Below are positions 56,450 to 64,000 of a stretch of DNA of 64,000 nucleotides, piece by piece. The DNA lies in NCBI RefSeq assembly GCF_009914755.1, contig NC_060936.1. One strand, 5' to 3'. Both the position numbers and the translations under genes were made by a program. The number at the start of each line of letters is the position of its first letter. Position 1 is the stretch's first letter. Source of the stretch: the human T2T-CHM13v2.0 reference genome, Homo sapiens. The notes below the pieces were generated by a model. That model did not search any database. It was not told where the DNA came from and was given only the letters and a program-made list of their open reading frames with translations.

Positions 56450-57270
56450 TCAAAAATGGGAACCCTCATATATTTCCAGTGGAGATGTAAAATGGTGCAG
56501 CCACTGCAGAAAACAGTTTAGTGGTTCCCTAAAAAGTTCAACAGACTCACTACATTACCCAGCAATTCACTCCCAGGCTTATGCCCAGAGCATTGGAAAC
56601 AGGTATTCAAATACTTATATACAAATGTCACGGCAGCATTATTCATAATAACCAAAATTCAGAAACAACCCAAGTGTCGATTGATGGATGAATGGATAAG
56701 CCAAATGTGGTCCGTCCATAAAGTGGAAGATTCTTCAGCCTACAGAAGGAATGACGTGCTGATTCACACCACAACAGGGATGAACCTCAAAAAATGACAT
56801 GCTGATTCATGCCACAACAGGGATGAACCTCAAAAAATGACATGCTGATTCATGCCACAACAGGAATGAACCTCAAAAAATGACATGCTGATTCACGCTA
56901 CAACAGGGATGAACCTCAGAATGACATCCTGATTCACGCTACAACAGGGATGAACCTCAAAAACATCACACTAGGTAGACAAAGCCAGACACAAATGTTC
57001 ACATGTATGATTCCACATACATGAGATATTCAAGATAGGCAAATCTGCAGAGACAGAAAGCAGATTCGTGGCTGTCAGGGCTGGAAGGAGGAAGGAAAGA
57101 GGAGGGGCTACCTGGCTGGTACAGGGTTTCCTTTGGGATGATGAAGATGTTTTGGAACTAGATAGAGGTGATGGCCACACAATGTTGCAAATGTACTAAA
57201 TGCCACTGAAATGTTCACTATAAATGGTTAATTTTATGTTATGTCAATTTTATGTCAATTTCTTTTTAAA
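56450..57270 (+). mobile_element. L1MB 3' fragment
   Basis: gtaaaatggtgcagccactg...gatgaagatgttttggaactagatagaggtgatgg...tgtactaaatgccactgaa. Confidence 0.88.
56751..56963. repeat. 43-bp minisatellite, 5 copies, inside L1MB
   Basis: atgacatgctgattcatgccacaacagggatgaacctcaaaaa at 56751, 56794, 56837, 56880, 56921. Confidence 0.93.
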
Positions 57271-57316
57271 AGATACCACCCAACCTCCCAGCAAAAGAGT
57301 CTGAAGGGCTATAAGG

Positions 57317-57640
57317 CATCAGTCCCCAACATTTTGGGCACCAGTGACCAGCTTCACGGAAGACAAGTTTTCCACAGACTGGGGTGGGGGGAATGGTTTT
57401 GGGATGAAACTTCTATCTCAGATCATCAGGCATTAGGTTCTCATAAGGAGTGTGCAAACTAGATCCCTCACATGTGCAGTTCACTCTCCTATGAGAATCT
57501 TATGCCGCCGCTGATCTGATAGAAGGCAGAGCTCAAGCGATCATGCTTATTCGCCTGCTGTTCACCTCCTGCTGTGCAGCCCAGTTCCTAACAGGCCACA
57601 GACCTGTGCTGGTCCATGGCCCAGGGGTTGGTGACCCACA
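57317..57640. mobile_element. MER1B-like hAT-Charlie element with perfect 8-bp TSD ctataagg
   Basis: Terminal inverted-repeat remnants gtccccaac / gttggtgac; ctataagg at 57309-57316 and 57641-57648. Confidence 0.9.
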
Positions 57641-58799
57641 CTATAAGGGAAAAGAGACAAACCTATATCCCAACAGTATGTTTCCCTGGGTGTCTCCTGT
57701 TGAAAGAATCTCACCTGAGTGCCACTCTGGTGTGTAAGGACATCCATTCTTGGGACAGTGGAACCTCTAAACACAACCAGCCACTGCATTTGGTTCTCTA
57801 CCAATCAACAACAATCTGCGCCAATACTAGAGGGAAAACTTCGCCAGGGGAACTTACCGAGACTTGATATGTTCAATATGGCTCCTTCCCTAGGGATTTG
57901 CAAGGGTAATTTTTCTCTATTTGTGATTTTGGTATAATGTGTCGACTTTAGAACTAAACCCCTGCACAAAATGTGACTCTACCAAATGCTTGTTCAGACT
58001 ATACAATGCATAGTAATTTATAAGCTATTTTCCCCTAACTCCCAAAAAATGACTTAAGAATGCTTATACTAAAAATATTTATACAATAAGGCAGCTAAGA
58101 ATAACAATTTTTAAAAGAAAAAGGGGACAATATATAGAAAACCTTATACCAGGAAATCACATAAAAAGGGTTTTTACCTATTGACTGAACATTACATTTA
58201 TGCTCTGAGCTTGCCAGCTGCTAGTGCCTGAGGGAAAACCTATCAATTATAACTTTATTAACATGAAGGATGTGCCTCCTAGGATTCTGCCACAAATGAC
58301 AAAGCAATGAAAAATATTTGATTGCCTTTTTTTAAAAAATCACTTGCTTTTTCAAGAGCTGATTTATGAGAACTGCTGCAATATGGTACTGCTCCCTAAA
58401 GAGCTTCTGTCTTCTCACCTTCTCCTTCCAACCTAGGGGTTTTTCTTCACCACACTTCAAATTCTTGAGCAAGGCCACATTCAGTTATATGAGCAACTGA
58501 AACTGGTGGTTCTGCAAGCTGGTCCATGGTGCAGATTCAGGCTGTGAACTTGGACAAATTGAGCAGCTCTTCATGTTGCCTGCTCATTCAAGATGACCAT
58601 GCTTCTCTCCCCAAGGACTGATCACTTTGACTGATGACCGATTGAATTTGCCTTATGTACAGGGTGACTCAGAGACCTCCAAGTATTAGAAAATGTGTCC
58701 TTAGTTTAGATCCAAATCTATCTTCTGCTCATCAAGTGATATATCTATGGCCATAGAAATCAGACAAAATTCCTTTCCAGATGGATGTTTTCAGATATT

Positions 58800-59317
58800 T
58801 TTGTTAACTTGTTAAATTGAGGTAAAACATACATGAAATGCACAAATCATAGGTGTACAACTCCATTAACGTTTACAAAGTACACACACCTGTATAACCA
58901 TGACCCAGATGAAGAAGTAGGACATTCTCTGCCACCTCAAAACCTCTCCCCTCCCTCCTCCCAGCTGAGAGTCCCCAAAAGGTAACCACTGTTCTGATTT
59001 CTAGTCCCATGCATGTGTTTTGCCTGTTTTTCTATTCTATGTAAATGTAATAAAATATAGATTTTTAATGTCTGGATATTTATCTCGACATTTTATCTAG
59101 GACGCACCCACATCTGTGAAATAGCAGCCCTTCATTACTGTGTAGTATCCTCTTGTATAAATAATCTGAGATTTATCTATTTATGTTCAACTATTATTAA
59201 ACATTAGGATGATTCCAGTTTGAGACCATTAAAAATAATGCTGCAAAGAACATTCTTGAGCACGTTTTCTTGGAGGCACATGTACATGTTTCTCATAATT
59301 ACTCACCTAGGAATAGA
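58800..59317 (-). mobile_element. L1ME-like 3' fragment (resumes at about 60800-60850 and 62146-62233)
   Basis: aaatgcacaaatcataggtgtacaact...aaggtaaccactgttctgatttcta...aatgctgcaaagaacattcttgagcacg...cacctaggaat. Confidence 0.75.
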
Positions 59318-59469
59318 ACAGTGGTGCCTGCAGAGGTATGAACAGAGCAAAGTTCACCCATGTCATAGATTTTGTCTTCTAAAAGCCAAATGGTGGTGCT
59401 TTCAGAGATTCTAGTAGGTGTCCCTTCCATGAGAGTCCAAACCCAGATGCCTCTAGGAGTTACGTCTAA
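59318..59469 (+). repeat. 152-bp dispersed direct repeat, copy 1 (copy 2 at 62234-62385)
   Basis: Ungapped manual alignment, 16 mismatches in 152 bp. Confidence 0.92.
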
Positions 59470-60818
59470 TGAGATGCGTATGTTTAGCCTCTAGGAGTTA
59501 CGTCTAATGAGATGCGTATGTTTAGCCTCTAGGAGTTACGTCTAATGAGATGCGTATGTTTAGCCTCTAGGAGGTACGTCTAATGAGATGCGTATGTTTA
59601 GCCTCTAGGAGGTACGTCTAATGAGATGCGTATGTTTAGCCTCTAGGAGGGACGTCTAATGAGATGCGTGTGTGTAGCCTCTAGGAGTTACGTCTAATGA
59701 GATGCGTGTGATTAGCCTCTAGGAGGTACGTCTAATGAGATGCGTGTGTGTAGCCTCTAGGAGTTACATCTAATGAGATGCGTGTGTTTAGCCTCTAGGA
59801 GGTACGTCTAATGAGATGCGTACGTTTAGCCTCTAGGAGGTACGTCTAATGAGATGCGTATGTTTAGCCTCTAGGAGGTACATCTAATGAGATGCGTGTG
59901 TTTAGCCTCTAGGAGGTACGTCTAATGAGATGCGTGTGTGTAGCCTCTAGGAGTTACGTCTAATGAGATGCGTGTGTTTAGCCTCTAGGAGTTACGTCTA
60001 ATGAGATGCGTGTGTTCAGCCTCTAGGAGGGACGTCTAATGAGATGCGTGTGTTCAGCCTCTAGGAGTTACGTCTAATGAGATGCGTGTGTTCAGCCTCT
60101 AGGAGTTACGTCTAATGAGATGCGTGTGTGTAGCCTCTAGGAGTTACGTCTAATGAGATGCGTATGTTTAGCCTCTAGGAGTTACGTCTAATGAGATGCG
60201 TATGCTTAGCCTCTAGGAGGGACGTCTAATGAGATGCGTGTGTTCAGCCTCTAGGAGGGACGTCTAATGAGATGCGTGTGTTCAGCCTCTAGGAGTTATG
60301 TCTAATGAGATGCGTGTGTTCAGCCTCTAGGAGTTACATCTAATGAGATGCGTGTGTTCAGCCTCTAGGAGTTATGTCTAATGAGATGCGTGTGTGTAGC
60401 CTCTAGGAGTTACGTCTAATGAGATGCGTGTGTTTAGCCTCTAGGAGGGACGTCTAATGAGATGCGTATGTTTAGCCTCTAGGAGTTACGTCTAATGAGA
60501 TGCATGTGTTTAGCCTCTAGGAGGGACGTCTAATGAGATGCGTGTGTGTAGCCTCTAGGAGTTACGTCTAATGAGATGCGTATGTTTAGCCTCTAGGATG
60601 GACGTCTAATGAGATGCGTGTGTGTAGCCTCTAGGAGTTACATCTAATGAGATGCGTATGTTTAGCCTCTAGGAGGGACGTCTAATGAGATGCGTGTGTT
60701 TAGCCTCTAGGAGGGACGTCTAATGAGATGCGTGTGTTTAGCCTCTAGGAGTTACGTCTAATGAGATGCGTGTGTTTAGCCTCTAGGAGTTACGTCTAAT
60801 GAGATGCATGTGTTTAGC
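59449..60818. repeat. 38-bp VNTR, 36 copies
   Basis: Unit gcctctaggagttacgtctaatgagatgcgtatgttta; constant 38-bp period from 59449 to 60779. Confidence 0.98.
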
Positions 60819-61419
60819 TTTTGCTAAATAGCTTTTAGAAAAGTGGGGAGTGTCAAAAGAAGACATACAAATGGCCAGCAGGTATACGAAAAAATGCCCA
60901 TCATCACTAATCAGAGAAATGCAAACTAAAACCACAATGAGATATCTTCTTACCCCAGTCAGAATGGCTATGATGAAAAAGTCAAAAAATAACAGATACT
61001 GGCAAGGATATGGACAAAAGGGAACTCTTACAGACTGATTTGGAATATAAATTAGTATAACCTTTACAGAAAACACTATGGATGTTTCCCAAGGAACAAA
61101 AAATAGAACAATTAATACCATTCCATCCAGTAATTCCACTACTGGTATCCACCCAAAGGAAAACAAATCATTGTATCAAAAAGACACCTGCGCTCATGTG
61201 TTCACCATAACACTATTCACAATAGCAAAGCTAGAGAATCAACCTAAATGTCCATCAGTGGATAATTGGATAAAGAAAATATGGTATACATACACCATGA
61301 AATACTGTCCAGCCATAAAAAGAATGAAATTATGTCTTTTACAGCAACATGGATGAAACTAGAGGCCATTATCTTAAGTGAAACAACTCAGAAAGTCAAA
61401 TACTGCATGTTCTCAGTCA

Positions 61420-61770
<351 letters not shown>

Positions 61771-61919
61771 GAGAGAGAGAGTAGAATGATAGACACTGGA
61801 ACCTTAGAAGGGTGGTGGGAGGGAGTGGGAGGTGGTGGGAGGGGAGTGGAAGGGGGTGGGAGGGGTGGATGATGAAAAATTACTTAATGGGTATGATGTA
61901 TAATATTCTAGTGATGGTT

Positions 61920-62056
61920 GGCTGGGTGCAGTGGCTCACGCCTGTAATCCCAGCACTTTGGGAGGCCGAGGCGGGAGGACCACGAGGTCAGGAGATCCAG
62001 ACCATCCTGACCAACATGGTGAAACTCCATCTCTAGTAAAACAAGAAAAAAAAAAA
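61920..62056 (+). mobile_element. Alu left arm only (AluSc/Y-like diagnostics) with oligo-A
   Basis: ggctgggtgcagtggctcacg...ggagatccagaccatcctgacc...ctctagtaaaacaagaaaaaaaaaaa, after which L1 resumes. Confidence 0.88.
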
Positions 62057-62233
62057 TTCTGGTTATGCTAGAAGCTCAGGCTTCACTACACAATATATCC
62101 ATGTAGCAAAACTGCACTTGTACCCCTTAAATATATGCAAATGTAGCGGGAAGTGTGAGAGTCCCCATGGCTTTGTATCTTCACCAACTTTGGTGCTGTC
62201 AATCCTTCTCTATGGAAGCCATCCTGGTGTGGC

Positions 62234-62385
62234 ACAGTGGTGCCTGCAGAGGCATGAACATAGCTAAGTTCACCCATGTCATAGATTCTGTCCTTGAAAA
62301 GCCACATGGTGGTGATTTCAGAGATTCCGGCAGGTATCACTTCCATGAGAGTCCAAACCCAGACACCTCTAGGAGTTACGTCTAA
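62234..62385 (+). repeat. 152-bp dispersed direct repeat, copy 2
   Basis: Matches 59318-59469. Confidence 0.92.
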
Positions 62386-62640
62386 GCAAAGCAGCCTGGC
62401 TGAAGATCATCCATGGTGGTTAGGATTGGCACAAAGAGGAGAGTGTCTATCTGTCTAGGAAAGGGTCTATCACTCAGCTCCAGCTAGCTGTGGTCCATGA
62501 GGAACATGGGCCACCACTATTGGGGCCACTATTATTTTTGAAGTGAAACCAAATCAATATTTTTATGTAAAACATCCCCACCTGACGATGCTGGTGACTA
62601 AGGAAAGCCTGTCTGAAGCCCACTTGAGGTTCACCGGCTG
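62345..62640. mobile_element. MER102-like hAT remnant
   Basis: actcagctccagctagctgtggtccatg...tttttatgtaaaacatcccc resembles the MER102 consensus (recalled); boundaries approximate. Confidence 0.5.
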
Positions 62641-62804
62641 CCCTTTAGCAAGCTCACGTCAGACCTTTGCTGACCTCTGATCGCTGGCCGGCTCCCTCAG
62701 CAAGGGCTCCGGAGTGTTTCAGCTTCCCCCTTAGTGAGCAGCTGCTGCTCTGTTCTCTGGGGCTGATGAATTTATGATAATGCTTTGAAAAAAGAACCTT
62801 AATC

Positions 62805-63143
<339 letters not shown>

Positions 63144-63209
63144 CTAATCTAAGCACCATTGCATAGACTAACTCATTTAATCCTTGCAACAAGCCTGTAA
63201 AACACAGCT

Positions 63210-63307
63210 CTCTCTATATATATACACATAGATATACATACATATACACATATACATATATACACATATATATACACATATACATATATATACACATATA
63301 CATATAC

Positions 63308-63350
<43 letters not shown>
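63210..63350. repeat. (TA)n/(CATATA)n compound microsatellite forming the Alu tail
   Basis: Direct inspection. Confidence 0.95.
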
Positions 63351-63351
<1 letters not shown>

Positions 63352-63647
63352 TTTTTTGAGCCAGGGTCTTGCTCTGTCACTCAGGCTGGAGTGCAGTGGT
63401 ACAATTTCAGCTCACTACAGCCTCAACCTCCTGGGCTCAGGTGATCCTCCTGTCTCAGGCCCTCCAAGTAGCTGGGACTACAGGTATGCACCACCATATC
63501 CGCTGATTTTTTGTTGTTGTTGTATTTTTTGTAGAGACGGGGTTTCACCAAGTTGCCCAGGCTGGGCTCGAACTCCTGAGCTCAAGCAATCTCTCCGCCT
63601 CGGCTTCCCAAAGTGCTGGCATTACAGGCGTGAGCCATCACGCCCAG
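63351..63647 (-). mobile_element. AluJ element
   Basis: Reverse Alu with J diagnostics (cctcaacctcctgggctcag, ctcctgagctcaagcaatc). Confidence 0.93.
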
Positions 63648-64000
63648 TTGCAGCATTATTTTTATTCCCCATTTTATGGGTGGAAAAAAAAGGAGACAAA
63701 AGGCATTTAAGTAATAGTGTGGGTGGTATGTACAAAAATGAGAGAGAGAGAGAGAAACAGAGACAGATAGGCAGGCGGAGCTGGGGGACAGGTTCTTACC
63801 CATAAACATAAATATAATTTTGGGTTAACAGACATCATCCCCTGGTTATCCCTGGCCTCCTGAAATGCCCATGACCCCCAGAATAGGTCGACACTGTTAA
63901 TCTCTATGCTTAACACTGACTGGCTGAATTTATTCCAAAATAATCCAGCCTCAAGAATGAAGACCAAGCTCTCGCTGGATTTTACAAATCCCCCTCCGGT

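Noticed and set aside
59449-60818. CRISPR-like array with a regular 38-bp period
   Set aside because: Units are contiguous with no unique spacers, there are no cas genes, and the context is a primate intron. It is a VNTR.

Overview
Primate (most likely human) genomic DNA, not prokaryotic. The whole window appears to lie inside the 5' part of RIMBP2 (RIMS-binding protein 2, a presynaptic active-zone scaffold), transcribed on the minus strand. Three exons are visible, each with canonical splice sites: 45455-45544 (90 nt), 34276-34398 (123 nt) and 6198-6302 (105 nt, carrying the MREAAERRQQLQ start). The rest is intron: 16 Alus, L1/L2 fragments, MaLR and ERV solo LTRs, hAT MER elements and many GC-rich minisatellites. 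The main result is that the two exons upstream of the recognised start codon splice in phase 0 into one stop-free frame with it. They add 72 codons that resemble the coiled coil preceding the equivalent Met in the paralog TSPOAP1/RIMBP1, so they are either a hidden N-terminal extension or fossil coding exons. The same exons carry four out-of-frame uORFs and a CUG in strong Kozak context, while the recognised AUG has a poor context. Other points: a 36 x 38-bp VNTR born at the junction of a 152-bp local duplication, VNTRs seeded inside old retroelements, a candidate REST/NRSE site, and Alu orientations that could loop out the upstream exons. Gene identity, paralog similarity and repeat subfamily names come from recall, not from a database search.
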